NCBI RefSeq assembly: GCF_006345805.1
Contig: NC_042999.1
Span: 144,088,001-144,152,000, forward strand
Source: Octopus sinensis
Taxonomy: Eukaryota
Direction: 5' to 3'
DNA length: 64,000 nucleotides
Both the position numbers and the translations under genes were made by a program. The notes below the pieces were generated by a model. That model did no database searches. It was not told the origin of the DNA and worked only from the letters and a program-made list of their open reading frames with translations. This document shows, in pieces, positions 25,275 through 46,755 of the stretch (position 1 is the first letter of the stretch; each line of letters starts with the position of its first letter).

Positions 25275-28163
25275 TACATACATGCATTCCTGCTCCCTCT
25301 GTCACTTCCAGCTTGCTTGACAGCTGTGTATCACACCTTCCTTGCCACTGACTCTTTAGCTTATCAACACGGTAACAAGCACGCACATACAACTTCTGGT
25401 ATTGCTTACCACATAACTTCTCGTATTGCTTCTCTGCTCTTCTTTCTAAAGAGATTTAGTTAATCTTTTCACGCCACAGGCTAACTTTTTTTAACTACAC
25501 AGCTACTTCTCCTCGATGAATTTTATCAGACTCTCCTCCCTGTGAATTTTACTAATTCCTTGCCATCTTTGAATACTCCATCAACATCTCCGGACTTTTT
25601 ACCAGTTTCATAATTTTAAAGATTTTTCACCCCTTCGCAACAATAATACTTTTTATCTATTTTGTTTATTTTAGTTTTAATCTTTCTTCTGTGTAAAAAT
25701 GTTTCTTATTCACTTGCACACGCATCTATTACAACAATCATAATCTCCACGTTCCTCTTGCTTCACTGCCATTTTTTATACTAGTTTCTAGCCATCTTTT
25801 GGATACGCCATCCAGCCTCCTCGGTCTTATGGAGTAATTTATTTGCATTTCCTAAAAATCATGACTTTAACACGAATAACCAATTAACGTGAATGTGTTT
25901 CCATATTTCAATTTACAATTTCCATATTTAATTTCCACGAATAAATCAAATATCCGAAAATTCCAACCGAGCAAAGAGATCAATATCAGTAGTGTCTCTT
26001 CCATTATTTTCAAACATGTTCGAGATATAGCCAAAGAATTACATCTTGGTCTACGGAGAAATGCTACAACAGGGGTAGGGGGACTTTTTAGTGCGGCGGG
26101 CAAAAATTTCCAAAAAAACAAAGGTCCGCAGGCAGGTCACAAGTTCTAACTCTTATATCTGTGTAAATCTTGTATATATCTATGTATAATTCGATATACA
26201 CTAAGTTTAACCCATTAAATTAACACATAACATCTTCATTACGCTGCCACCGAATATAGGACGTTTATATATTACTTATGAGATATTCTATATTTTTCAG
26301 CTAGAATGTAGTTGGGTCTCAAGGGGGTGGTACAAACCTAGTAATATGTGTTTTATAGTGAAAACAAAATTTCCATTCAAATGGCAATTGCCGGACGATT
26401 TTCTGTTTGATAGAAACGCGATAGAAACGTCACAATGAGGCATACGATTATTGTATAAATTTTATAATTGAAAAATTGATTATATTTTGTACATACGAGT
26501 ATGCCAGCCTGTAGGCGCAATAAATGGGCTCGCGGGCACAATTGCGCCCACAGGAGGGGTTTCCGCACCCCTGAGCTACAGTATATCCCTGTGAAAATTA
26601 ACACTTCCTTCTCCAAGCCTAGATTCGAAACCGAATCTAAGAATTCTCGGTCGTCCAAACCACTACGATCAACAAGCACGAAAAAAGGTTTTCTTTGTCC
26701 TGTCAAAAATTGATTGATCATCTCCCTTTGACCTGCGACCTCAGCCATGTCAGGCGAAGTTCAAATGGACAGGAACTGACCTATTTAGGTACAAACTCTG
26801 CTGCAGTATGTCTGTCTTTCTAGCTGCCACGATTATTATGAATACGGTTGTGAAACAAGAAAGGGGGCAGACAAACGAGAAAGGTCTACGACACGACAGA
26901 AGGTTTTGGCAGACCGCAGAGACCGAGAGAAAATCCCTGCAGGCATCAAGAAATGAACTATGCACACACACACAAACATATTCATTCCTGATATATGATT
27001 TGCACAAATGTATTCTGTTTGTATTTCTGGCAACTCGTAGCAGTTGTCAACATTTTGTATGTAGTGAAGAATTAAGTGTACCTATAACAAATCAAGTCCA
27101 GTGAATAAATTCTTTTTAATTATGGATCGGTTCACGCATTTGTTTACTTTAAAGACATACACATTCCATTTGCATCTGTTTTCCATGATACACACCTAAC
27201 CACTACATCCCGTTCCCCAAAAACAACTCACTAACTCTATATCTTATCCACTTTCCCCGCGGTGAGAAATACGGTCCTGGGTATTAGTTCTAGTTTCTAA
27301 ATCATTCAAAGTCTCTCAAAATCACAGAGACTATTGTACAAATGTCATTTGAAATTATTCACTAATCAACCATTCTTGAGGAACTCCAAAACACAGTTTT
27401 ATCGAGAGTAATATTACACTGCCAGTTAGTGCATCAATCTTTCTCAGAAAAGATAGTCATTGACCATGTATTTATCACTTGTGGGACATGATGTTGAGAC
27501 AGAGGTACAGAACAGTTGTTAGTGAGTACAAATTTCAAATTAATAACAATGGATACAATATGAAGGGGCTATAAGAAGTGCCTATAACCGATTGTTCCGA
27601 AGTTCGTAGAGATCAAAAAGAAGCTTCTCCCTGAAATAAACAAGACGTCACAGCCCCTTCAATTACATTATTCTACAAAGATCAGTATTTTCTTAGCTTT
27701 TTTAGGGAAACCTACTTATTTTTTCCGATGAAGCGAACAATTACTTCACCCTGTAGAGAAATGAGTGATAAAATCTATGAATTTCCTAAATATTATGTTT
27801 ACATTCATCTTAGCTGAAACTTACTACTCTTACCTTCCCACAATCAGAACTTGCTGATTCAACTACTCTTTCAACACAAAGATAATAGATAATTTACAAA
27901 TGGTATTCTTAGAACTATTTATGTTTCTTGTTGAACGAAACATATCAGTGATTACAGGAAAAGATTTATTTTTCGCTGGTTAACATTAGGTATGAATGTC
28001 TGAATGTATATGATTGTATGCATGTTATGTATGTATATTCATGCATTGTTTAACATACCCATATAGATAACACACAAACACACGTTATACAGCATACACA
28101 CACACATGCATACACACATATCATCATCATCATTTATCGTCCGTCTTCTATGCTTGACTGCGC

Positions 28164-28214
<51 letters not shown>

Positions 28215-28350
28215 ATCAGCAAAGCTAATAAGCGAGCTAACGGCCTAAAGTTTCGTGCAAGGCACTCATCAAAGTGTCCGATAAATACCCCCAAGTCCCT
28301 ATGCCAACTATGCAGCCTATATCTAACAAAAAAAGAAATAGATACAGCTG

Positions 28351-28386
<36 letters not shown>

Positions 28387-28939
28387 ATGCTGCTTGTAAT
28401 GATAATGATGATAATGAAGGAGGGGGAAAGACTCTCCTGTCGAGAACAACTTATAAGCACTCAATAACAAAGGCTAAAGCAATTCGTAGAAGCTGATAAA
28501 AGCTAAACGACATAATAATTCATTAAAAAAAATTATATAAGATACAGAGAGTTGGAGGAAATTCAATGAAACTGAGAAGATTAAAAGAAAACTAATTAAG
28601 CGGTAGGCTGACAAACCGTCTTGTAAAATTAAAGACTATGTCTAGCTTGCAAGCACATGTAAACATGGATTACATCTGAAGTTCTGTACCGCAAATTCAT
28701 GAGTATAATATACGGTTTCCTCTTATATATGTACACATACATTTATTCCAATACCGCTAAGCACACCGACCAAATTTACCCGCCTCGTATCTGCACTCCC
28801 AACCCGAAAATATGATTGCATCACTTCCACCGTAACCATACAAGTATCGTGCTGTCAGATAAATTCGTCCATTTTTGTTTTATTTTAATCCTTATTTTTC
28901 ATCAACAAATTCAACAAATAACAGAAAAATATATAATCT

Positions 28940-29690
28940 CCTTCATTGTTCGTGACTTCTTGCGAATGTTCCACTAGCTTGTCAATGCTTTGCCAACAGA
29001 AATCATCGGGTCTTGACGCGAAGAATTTATCAAGTCACATTTTTGATTGCACGTCGTTGTTGAACGGAACGCCTTGTCGTCTGTTGGAGAGCGATAGAAA
29101 AGAATAATAAATAATCTGAAGGCGTTGCATCAGAAAAATACTTCCCAACCGAGTTCTTGAATAGTATTTTTGGTCAAATTAGTGATGTATTGCTGTGTTG
29201 AAGAAGCACGCCGTGCGACCAGTCAGGTCGTTTCAGCTGGACTGCCTCTTTCAACGGGTGCTTTTTCTGAACATAAAGCTCTGCATTGAAGTTGTGGTTG
29301 TTTTCAAGCATTTCATAGTGGATTAGCCCTTCCCAATCCCACTAGATGCAGATGATTATCTTGCGCTGATGCAGCTCTGGCTTCGCTCGAGTTGTTGCTT
29401 GCTTGTCGGGACACAGCCATTTTTCTTCCGCTTCATATTGACATAAATACATCATTTTCATCGCCGATGATGAAGATGCAGTAAAGAAATCCATTTATGC
29501 CCACGAGTAGCCTGGTCTCGAGTGAGCAGACTTGCGGCGATAGAAGAACGCTGAAGTTTGTTTTTATTGTTCAGAGCGTGTGGTGCCCATCCATAGATGT
29601 GTGACAGTATCATAAGAGCATCCCATCTGTTGGGCCAGTTCCCTAGTGAATTGGCACGGATCCCTGAGCATGAACTCGTTTAATCGATCC
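28940..29690 (-). mobile_element. Old mariner transposase remnant
   Basis: Minus-strand QELGWEV...PSDYYLF-like segment and other decayed DD34D-region pieces; no intact TIRs seen. Confidence 0.5.
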
Positions 29691-30851
29691 ACAATTTTTT
29701 TATTCATATCATATTTTGGGGCTTTGCCATGTGTCTTAGGAGTTAAAATAATATATAGTGTTTAAATTTTCTTCATATGTGAATTATTTTGGAAATTATG
29801 ATAAATTTTTCGAAAAGTCCCAAATGGGAATCGCTGAAAAAAAACATTTATTTATCATTTTCTATTTAACCATATTTATTTATACTTTTTTATTCAATTT
29901 CAATAATAAACATTGTAGTATTTTTTTAAAACTATAGTGTCAATGCGAATGTGTATAAAATATCAGTGAATGATATTGGTGGGAAATGCATAAAAAATGT
30001 TTTCAAAACAGTCAATATTTTTGTAGTTCAAAACTTGCGATTTATGACAAAAAGTCTTCTAGAATTAGCCAGAGCTAATAATGCCAAACTTTAACTATTA
30101 AATATTGTTAAACATATCTCTGCAAATGCAATTACATAAGCAATTCACTTTAAATACAAGGAACAACCGGCAGTGAGACTGTTTTAGCAGATCCCCAAAT
30201 GGGGCTCATGGCAGACAATGGGTATTAGCAAACTCAAGCATCAAAAACATTTTTAAGAATGCTAACTTGATTTGCTGATTTAACAAAACTGCGTGAATTG
30301 TGAGGGAATTCATTGCCAGTAAAATTGATTTCAGTAGTATTTGCTGGTCAAAAGCCAGAAAAGAACATTTTATTTGTTGGTTACACTTTCCGTTGTTTTG
30401 TATAAAGCATATTTTTCTCTGAACGTTGTGGCGCACAAGGAATAAAGCATTTGCGAGAATCTGCTTTTAGTTGTATTCAGATAACGTGGGTGTAACCAGC
30501 AGGTTTATTTGTTTCCATAATCGCACAACAAAAGCTGTCTACTTTATACGTTATCATAAGGTCCATTTAGATCTTGAATCCGAATTGTTGAGCCCCTTCA
30601 CACGAGCCGGAAAATAGTATTGTTCCATCTTGCAAAATTACTCTCATAGCCCCTTGCTATATCTTTATGTTTATGTGTATATGTATAATATTTCTTTTGT
30701 GTAGCTACTATCATATCCATGCTCTCTGTCTCTGTCTGCCTGTCTCTCTCTCTCTCTATCTCTCTCTCTCTCTCACTCACTCTCTCTCTTTCTCACTCAC
30801 TCATTCACTCACTCTCTCTCTCTCACTCTTTCAATTTCTCTCTTTTTTCAG

Positions 30852-30956
30852 ATATATGCGAAGGTTGATATTAAATGCTGCTTGCAATCTAGAAATCCCA
30901 GAAGCAGTGGAATATGCCACCAAGATGTTCAAAGACTGGATGGATACTGGACGACA
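30852..30956 (+). CDS. M1 aminopeptidase exon 7
   Basis: ttttttcag acceptor; (R)YMRRLILNAACNLEIPEAVEYATKMFKDWMDTGR(Q); gtaag donor, phase 2. Confidence 0.93.
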
Positions 30957-31577
30957 GTAAGATATATTTCCATTTTACATATTCTTTTATTCATCTACCC
31001 AATTGGCTGTGGTCAAGCTGGATCCCTACATTAATACTGCAGCAGCTTTCATTCTGAGTTTGATATCTGAGAGAGTGTGGAGACAATTCTTCAAAATATG
31101 CCTTTTAGTATAACGTAGATTTTACTGGGGTGTTCTAACTGTCCAATGAATGTGTTGATAACTAATTCATGTACACTATCTTATACTTTACAAGAGGATA
31201 CTAAATAAACATTATATATGCTACATAATATAAATGCTTGGGATTTAAGGTATGGATTATATACTTTTTGCTCTTGAACTAATTTTGCTTACCTCCTTTT
31301 CGGTATAGTATATGCAAGGCATGCTGAGAAAGTGTCATCCATAGCCTCGGATTACTAATACTTTGCGACTGAAAATTTCAACCTCCCTACACACACACAC
31401 ACACACACATACACACACACACGCGCGTGCACTCACGCACGCACACACACACATACATACATGCACACACACATACACACACACATACACACATACACAC
31501 ATACATACATGCATACATGCATACATGCATGCATGCATTCATTCATACATACATACATACATACATACATACATACA

Positions 31578-31613
<36 letters not shown>

Positions 31614-31868
31614 TATATGTATATATATATATATTGGCATTCTGTCGGTTGCGAGGATGACAAGGCTTCGAGTTGATACGATCAACGAACAGACTGCTTG
31701 TGAAATTAACGTACAAGTGGCTGAGCACTCCACAGACACGCGTGACACAAAATGTTCCAAGGCTGGCCCTGGAAATAAAGTTCCTTGCTCAAAAGCACAA
31801 ATCACCGCCAGTAATCGAACTCACGACCAAATGATCGTAAGCAGAATACCCTCATCACTAAGGCATGT

Positions 31869-31907
<39 letters not shown>

Positions 31908-32250
31908 TACATACATGCATGCATACATATACATACATACAAGTATGCATGTATATGTTTGCATATATAAATATATATATAGCTCGCTTTTATCCTTCGA
32001 AACGTAGAGTAGATGAAACGATAGCGACTGAAGAAGGGGTTTTTTCTTTGTGTTAATTGTCCTGTACTCTATTTTTTTGCTGTTTAAAAAAAAATGCCCA
32101 GTTCCTTTGGTTTGTGTCTATGTTTTCGTTTCTCATTGTGTTCGACGTCCTTTTGGTGTACTGTACTCATATATGCGTGTATATGTACATGTAGAGGTAG
32201 GTACGTACATATATGTTTATATATATGCATATGTTTTATTTTATTTATTA

Positions 32251-32284
<34 letters not shown>

Positions 32285-32294
32285 ATATATATAA

Positions 32295-34221
32295 TTATAA
32301 ATGAGGGTGAAAAATCGATATTAATTTAATAATACCGTCAATTTAACACCAAGTGGCTTAGCACAAAAAACTACGGAGGAAATACAAATTTATACATAAA
32401 TTATTAGAGAGTCATCCACTATGTGGATAACTCTAGTGCTAAAAATAGCTCCGAAGCAACCACAGAAGATCCGTTTCCAACTAGAATCAACACACATTTA
32501 ACTGAAGGAAAGTGAAATACAACGAATAAAATAGATTGACTCTATACATTGTTTCATTACTAATGCAATATGTAGTTTTACTTACACTTGCATCTATAAA
32601 TCTTCGGTAGAGTTTGTCAGAAATGCAATTAATTAGATCGATTCGGCGTCAAAAACACGAGCGGTCCAACCAATTACATTTTTAGTTATGTCTCAAATTC
32701 CGCGCCAAAAGCATGCCTAGACTCCATTGGAAACGTATGCCGCATCAAATAAAATATTGACTGCCGCGTAGTTAAATTTATAAAATTATAAATGAGGGTG
32801 AAAAATCGATATTAATTTAATAATACCGTCAATTTAACACCAAGTGGCTTAGCACAAAAAACTACGGAGGAAATACAAATTTATACATAAATTATTAGAG
32901 AGTCATCCACTATGTGGATAACTCTAGTGCTAAAAATAGCTCCGAAGCAACCACAGAAGATCCGTTTCCAACTAGAATCAACACACATTTAACTGAAGGA
33001 AAGTGAAATACAACGAATAAAATAGATTGACTCTATACAATTGTTTCATTACTAATGCAATATGTATTTTACTTACACTTGCATCTATAAATCTTCGGTA
33101 GAGTTTGTCAGAAATGCAATTAATTAGATCGATTCGGGCGTCAAAAACACGAGCGGTCCAACCAATTACATTTTTAGTTATGTCTCAAATTCCGCGCCAA
33201 AAGCATGCCTAGACTCCATTGGAACGTATGCCGCATCAAATAAAATATTGACTGCCGCGTAGTTAAATTTATAAAATTATAAATGAGGGTGAAAAATCGA
33301 TATTAATTTAATAATACCGTCAATTTACACCAAGTGGCTTAGCACAAAAAACTACGGAGGAAATACAAATTTATACATAAATTATTAGAGAGTCATCCAC
33401 TATGTGGATAACTCTAGTGCTAAAAATAGCTCCGAAGCAACCACAGAAGATCCGTTTCCAACTAGAATCAACACACATTTAACTGAAGGAAAGTGAAATA
33501 CAACGAATAAAATAGATTGACTCTATACAATTGTTTCATTACTAATGCAATATGTAGTTTTACTTACACTTGCATCTATAAATCTTCGGTAGAGTTTGTC
33601 AGAAATGCAATTAATTAGATCGATTCGGGCGTCAAAAACACGAGCGGTCCAACCAATTACATTTTTGGAGCTATTTTTAGCACTAGAGTTATCCACATAG
33701 TGGATGACTCTCTAATAATTTATGTATAAATTTGTATTTCCTCCGTAGTTTTTTGTGCTAAGCCACTTGGTGTTAAATTGACGGTATTATTAAATTAATA
33801 TCGATTTTTCACCCTCATTTATAATTTTATAAATTTAACTACGCGGCAGTCAATATTTTATTTGATGCGGCATACGTTTCCAATGGAGTCTAGGCATGCT
33901 TTTGGCGCGGAATTTGAGACATAACTAAAAATGTAATTGGTTGGACCGCTCGTGTTTTTGACGCCCGAATCGATCTAATTAATTGCATTTCTGACAAACT
34001 CTACCGAAGATTTATAGATGCAAGTGTAAGTAAAACTACATATTGCATTAGTAATGAAACAATTGTATAGAGTCAATCTATTTTATTCGTTGTATTTCAC
34101 TTTCCTTCAGTTAAATGTGTGTTGATTCTAGTTGGAAACGGATCTTCTGTGGTTGCTTCGGAGCTATTTTTAGCACTAGAGTTATCCACATAGTGGATGA
34201 CTCTCTAATAATTTATGTATA
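32295..34221. repeat. 491-bp unit array: about 2.8 head-to-tail copies, then a 555-bp inverted segment, all embedded in (TA)n
   Basis: atgagggtgaaaaatcgat at 32301, 32792 and 33283; the orientation switches at 33666/33667. Confidence 0.95.
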
Positions 34222-34397
34222 TATATATATATATATGTACATATTATATATATATATATGTACATATATATATATATATATATGTACATATATATATATA
34301 TATGTACATATATATATATATATATGTACATATATATATATATATATATATATCTATATATATATATTATATATATATAATATACGTTATATATATA

Positions 34398-34439
<42 letters not shown>

Positions 34440-34559
34440 ACATACATGCATACATACATAAGTATGTATGTATGTATATGTGTGTGTATACTATCTGACA
34501 AAACAAGAAAAAGCTACACCATAAACACCCTTGTGTAATTAAACTTGATACTGAAAGAA

Positions 34560-34944
34560 TCTCTCTCTATATAAACGGCAGTTTGTCTGTGCGTGTTTCT
34601 GTGTGTCTGTTTGCTTGTACCCTCACCCTGACCACGGCTTTCAACCGATTCTGATGAAACTTGACACACACATAGCCCAATGTCATAATTCAAAACTAAC
34701 GCAGCGAAAATTTTGAAAAGTTCCCCCAGTTCTGAAAAAAATCGATAAATTCGACATGGGGTCGAGAATCAGAAACCTAAACCACAGACCGTCTAGGGGA
34801 CGCAACTCCACCTTTTTTAACTCTCAAAAAAAATTTACCATCATTTTTTTTCCATTTTTTTGCTATTTTTTGGCTATAACTCTCTAAAAATGCTTTATAG
34901 TTATTTCCCTTACAAACCTGAGCAACGCCGGGCGATACTGCTAG
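34560..34944 (+). mobile_element. Non-autonomous Helitron (385 bp)
   Basis: Inserted at A|T; starts TC, ends ...cctgagcaacgccgggcgatactgCTAG. Confidence 0.85.
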
Positions 34945-35559
34945 TAATATATAAGCTCTAATGCGTTAAAATCCATTAACGATCACATTTGTACATTCGT
35001 AACGAAATTTGAAGTGGACGATAGAACACATCCATGGGATATAAAAATACCATGTTTCTCCTTTTAGGACCAAAACTAGATTTTCTAGTTAAAGTGTCAA
35101 TTAGGTTAATTAGCCCCTACAGCTATAGGTAGAAGGAGCAAGAAAATATTAGAAAGAGCAACTTGAAAAGGATAATACTTCAACCTAAGCGAGCTTCAAA
35201 TGTGGAAACAACTAGGAAGTGTAGTGAAATCTCTCAAGATACTGCTATTTCTAATAGGAGGCTAAAGACTTTGGGGCTCTTGAGGAATGATGATAAGGCC
35301 AATTGATTCCCATCTTTCCGAAAGAATAACCCGCGCCCTGCAGTGACTATCCCTGCAACCTCACCCGAAAATGCTGGCCTTCTGCTAAAATTTGGAACCA
35401 ATATATATATATATATACGTGTGCGCGTGTTTGTCGATATGTCCACTTGAAAGGCAGTTCAAAATCATGTGTTGTGTACATCATTTATGATAGGTTTATG
35501 TACACACATAACATTAGCATGAAAACGTAGATAGTGATAAAATTTAATTAAAAAAGGCA

Positions 35560-42100
<6,541 letters not shown>

Positions 42101-43209
42101 CCTCAATGCCCCGTTCATATTTACCACCTGATCGTTGTGCCTTACCTTAGATATCTCTTGATCTGATAGAGTGTCTGTTATTTAATCTTTTGTGGAAGGG
42201 GCACGTTCCACTGGTCAGGCCATCCATCTACTGCCATCATCCTTTACATGACAGAGGAACCGTAATCCGACTGCTAGTGTGCGGACACCCTAGAGAGTAA
42301 CGGGTGCTGGATCCGTTCAAGAGGTACATCTTTCTGCACCTCACCTCTTTGGTGAAGCAGCATTTCTAAGTAAATCGAAGACGGAAACTAGATGTTTAAC
42401 ATCCAGATTGCCGTCTGATACTCACTGCAACCTACTTGTCGAACAACGAAATCTGTGGATGTTGCATTCAAGCAATTTATAAAGAATTAGAGGAGGGGAA
42501 GAACGACGACGTTCTCGAGGAAACTGTGGGCGTTAACGAAAATTAACTGGCTTGCCTTTTCGGGGGGATTTTTGCATCGGACACTACATTGGATAATTTC
42601 CAGAAGTCCTTGGCTTACAGTGCTCCTGAGGAAAGCAACTGGTTCTAGATGAATACAACAGGCACGGAAGTACCTGTAGTATTTATGCCTGAGATGCACG
42701 CATTGACGATACTGTTCGACATGCACACGTTCATTGTCCAGGTACTACTGGCTTTTGGAGTTATGTAGAAGTGCTGTCGCATGTAGGGTGGATATGGCTA
42801 TCTGCCGAGTAAATCATGATGATTTCTCCACGTCTTTCCTTTAACCATGCAGAAAGGTATTTTTCTTCCGTCTAGTGGTTATTGCGAAAGAGGTTGTGTG
42901 GTGTATGAGGTTGAAATGAATGAGGATAGAGGATTTCCTTTTTGGTAGAACCTTCATTAATATTTTTAAGTTTCGCATGAAAACAAAGGTGAAGATGGAG
43001 AAAAAGCTGCTGTCCTCGAATGAATTTAGTGGAAGGTGGGTGAGATTGGCAAAATAGTAAGAATAGATGTACTGCTCTAAATCGATCTGTATTTGGAGAT
43101 AGCATTTGCCTTTGGTGTTCAGAAAGATCTTGAATGATGGGTTTCCTCGATTGGCCCAAAAGCTTTGCTTGTATCAGTAAAATTGCGTCATCTTTAGTTT
43201 TATATTGTA

Positions 43210-43440
43210 CTAGCTGGCATACCCGGCGTTGCTTGAGATTTAAATGGCATATTTTATAAACATACGGTACAGTTAAGTTGAAACATGTGATACGGGGAAG
43301 TGAAGCATTGATGACAAAACATTTGTGGAATAAATGAAGGGCTAATTCGACTAAGTGACATGTCATGCGTCTGTGTGGAAGATTCCAGGTCATAACCTTG
43401 TCATGGAAAAGTGGATGGCGGGTATGTTCTTTTTGGCACG
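43210..43440 (-). mobile_element. Helitron 3' end with a decayed helicase tail
   Basis: Minus-strand ...tcaagcaacgccgggtatgccagCTAG|t; weak FSMT...SLSR remnant upstream. The 5' extent is unknown. Confidence 0.5.
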
Positions 43441-44458
43441 CACCGAAAAGCTATCAGTGGATATACGCCCCTTTGCGGATGCCGCTACCACGCTGAACAA
43501 TCAGCAGACATAGGAACTACATCTAAGTGATAAATGAAGCCTGTGGGCACGCTCAACAGCACCACATGAGAGAAATCTACATAAAAGAAATGACATGGTA
43601 AGGGAGTGGGATTAGCAAAGAAGCGCTTGAAAACAACAGTCATGCGATATTTCGGTTTAGAATCAATAGACGTAGCTCAACCGTGCACTCGTTGACGTGC
43701 ACTCAGGATTGAACATATTTTAGCATATTTTTCATAATAAACATAGAGCGTTCCAAACGGTTTTTATTCCAACAAATTTTTACCTACAGAACTACGGGAA
43801 CAGGCTATTATTGCTACCAATTACACAACGCAGTTTGAAGTCTACATCAGTTCATCCGTTTAATACAAACTACTTACATTAATTCAGTAGCTGTTTTTAC
43901 CAGTTTGAACAGAAGCAATGCGTGGACCATGCGGGCAGTCGTACGTACCCCAAGAAAGGGGTTTTTCTGCTCCCATGAACCCTATTACTCAATATGTTAA
44001 ACGTTTTAAGAGTCTAAAATCATCTCAAGAACATAAGTAATGTATGTTCCCAGTCTAGGGAATATCAGTTGCGAATTTCAGTTCTGCGAGTTTACACACA
44101 CACACACACACACACACACAGCAACATCCATAGTTTTATATATATATAGATACTATATATACCTATATTTCAAGTGTCTTTTATCTTTAATCTTTTACCT
44201 ATTTCAGTCATTTGACTGTGGCCATGTTGGGGCACCACCTGAAGAATTTTGAGTCGAATGAATCGACTCAAGTACTTTTTTCATTTTAAAACCTGATATT
44301 TATTCTATCGATATCTATGCCGAACCGCTAAGTTACGGGGACGTAAACACACCAACACCGGTTGCCAAGCGGTTGTGAGGGACAAATACAGACACAAAGA
44401 CACATAAATGGGCGAGCGCACATGCTCTCACACACACACACTCACACACGCACGCACG

Positions 44459-44501
<43 letters not shown>

Positions 44502-45361
44502 ATGAGCTTCTTTCAGTTTCCATCAACCAAATCCACTCACACGGTTTTGGTCAGCCTGAGGCTATATTAGAAGACACTTGCCCAAGATATGACGTAGTGG
44601 GACTGAACCTAGAACGGTGTGTTTGGGAAGCAAACATCTTACCACACATAACGCCTTTGACTTTTCTTTTTGCTTTTTTCTTTTGTAACATTTGATTTTA
44701 TGTAACCCTCCACATTTCATGTCCTTGTATTGTTCCTCTCATACGGCAAGATGGCAAAATCGTTTGCACGCCAGGCAATATGATTAGCGGTATTTTGTCC
44801 GTCTTTATGTTCTGAGTTCAAATTCCACTAACGTCGATTTGGGCTTTCATCATTTGGGGGTCGATAAAACAAGTACCAGTCGAGTACTAGGGTCGATGTA
44901 ATCGACTATCCCCTCCCTCAAATTTCAGGCCTTGTAGAAAGGATTATTATTATATATACGCATAAACATAGATACACACACATACATACATACATATATA
45001 TACATACAGACACATATATGTGTATTTATAGATTAAACGTACTGGTAAATATATAGAGAATGTGAACCTTCTTCCTGAGAAGGGCCCTAAACTGTCTCTT
45101 TCGTGTGACCAGTGTGGCTGTCTTCTTCTGGGAGGCAGAACTACGCAGCCACGAGCATGCTAACAGAAGCGCCGCCGTCTACCAATGTGATATCCAACAT
45201 GGTCTCCCGTGCACTCTGTGTTCGGTCGGCCCAAGCATTGTGAGAAAAATCGGATTGATGGAAATTGATTCCTTGTCAAATAGAAAGTACATTATCTATA
45301 AACCAAAGGTTGTCGAGCTGCCACTCTCTCACATTGATTCTACTTGAAAATTATATTAAGA

Positions 45362-45838
45362 CTAGCTGGCCCCGTGCTGTCAAAAACGGCGGCTAATTGA
45401 AGTATTTCACATATAAATATGGATGGTAAATCAAATTAATACACTTGACAATGTTATCTAGTGGTTGCCTTTTGAGACGAGACATGGATTGTCGTTTGTT
45501 ACTGAAAGAACGCTGGTTCACATACTTCCCTTGTATACGTACACACATATACACAGAGTTGAAACACTGTTTGATTTTCCTTTTCAGCGTTGAATGTTCA
45601 CGATCCAATTTCCATTGCACACACACACACACACATTCACATACTTCCCTTTTACATACGCACACATATACTTACACAGAGTTGAAACGCTGTTTTGATT
45701 TTTTTTCCACCGTAGAATTTCCATCATCCTACTACCAAGTTTGCCATCACCCTCTTCCTTTCTTATTCATCTATCACCCCTTCTTTTCTCATTTATATTT
45801 AGTGACGGAGAAAAGCACAAAAGTATTATTATAGTAGA
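45362..45838 (-). mobile_element. Non-autonomous Helitron (477 bp)
   Basis: Minus strand a|TCTACTATAATAATAC ... gcacggggccagCTAG|t. Confidence 0.75.
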
Positions 45839-46642
45839 TTACACAGGCTTATGGAATACTATACCTCTTACGTGCTAACAACTGGACGCTTATATATCGT
45901 TTTCGCTAGGATAGTAAATTATTATCAATCGTGTTTGGCTTGTGTGGTGAAAAGTTTGCTTTCAAACCACATAACTGCCGGCTGAGCTCCACTGCGTGGC
46001 ACATTGGGCAAGTGTCTTTGACTAAAGCCTCGGGCCGACCAAAACTTGTGAGTGGATTAGGTAGAGAGAAACTGAAAGAAGCTCGTCGTGTGTGCGTGTG
46101 TGTGTGTATCTTTGTGTCTATGTTTGTCCCCACAACTGCTTTACAACCTGTGTTGGTGAGTTTACGTCCCTGTAAATTATCAATTCTGCAAAAGAGACCA
46201 ATAAAATAAGTACCAGAAAATAAGTACTGGGGTTGATTAGTTCGACTAGAATTCCTCAAGGCGGTGCTCCAGCATGGCAGCAGTCTAATGACCGAAACAA
46301 GATTAATAAGATTTTATGAAAAAGACACACGCACATACACGCGCGCGCGCACACACACACACATTGACGCACAAACACACAAATACACACACACATGCAC
46401 AGAGGAAGACATAAAATGACTGAGAGCGATTTCAACAGTTGCTGATTACTACAGAACCATAGCTCGATGCTTCATGCATATTGCAAGTTCCTTGCATGTA
46501 GCCGTCTTAAGATAGATCTGAAATTAACGGGCATTGTAGAAATCAAGAAAGATATCACAGTATTAGCTGTATTCAGTACTCCTATGTTGTTCCTGATAAC
46601 ATTTGTAGATTAATGTGTGTGTGTGTGTGCGTGCGTGTGTGT

Positions 46643-46675
<33 letters not shown>

Positions 46676-46722
46676 AGACAGACAGGCAGACACGATAGAC
46701 AGATAGATAGAGAGAGAGGAGG

Positions 46723-46755
<33 letters not shown>

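Noticed and set aside
25860-27110. ORFs 25867-26121 and 26377-26748 as a nested gene
   Set aside because: Only a faint resemblance to a hAT C-terminal motif, no consistent splice chain or domain; probably a transposon relic, but not supportable by eye.
5965-32045. Other hammerhead-like strings (ctgatgaagctc at 5972, ctggtgaagacc...gaaac at 15128, ccttcgaaacgta...ctgaagaagg at about 31995-32040)
   Set aside because: Core nucleotides or stems are missing; at most decayed remnants.
42130-43393. GC-richer segment and the 173-aa ORF 42872-43393
   Set aside because: The ORF runs across a Helitron end into unrelated sequence; only a weak KDFWKLSN LINE-like remnant lies nearby; no coherent protein.
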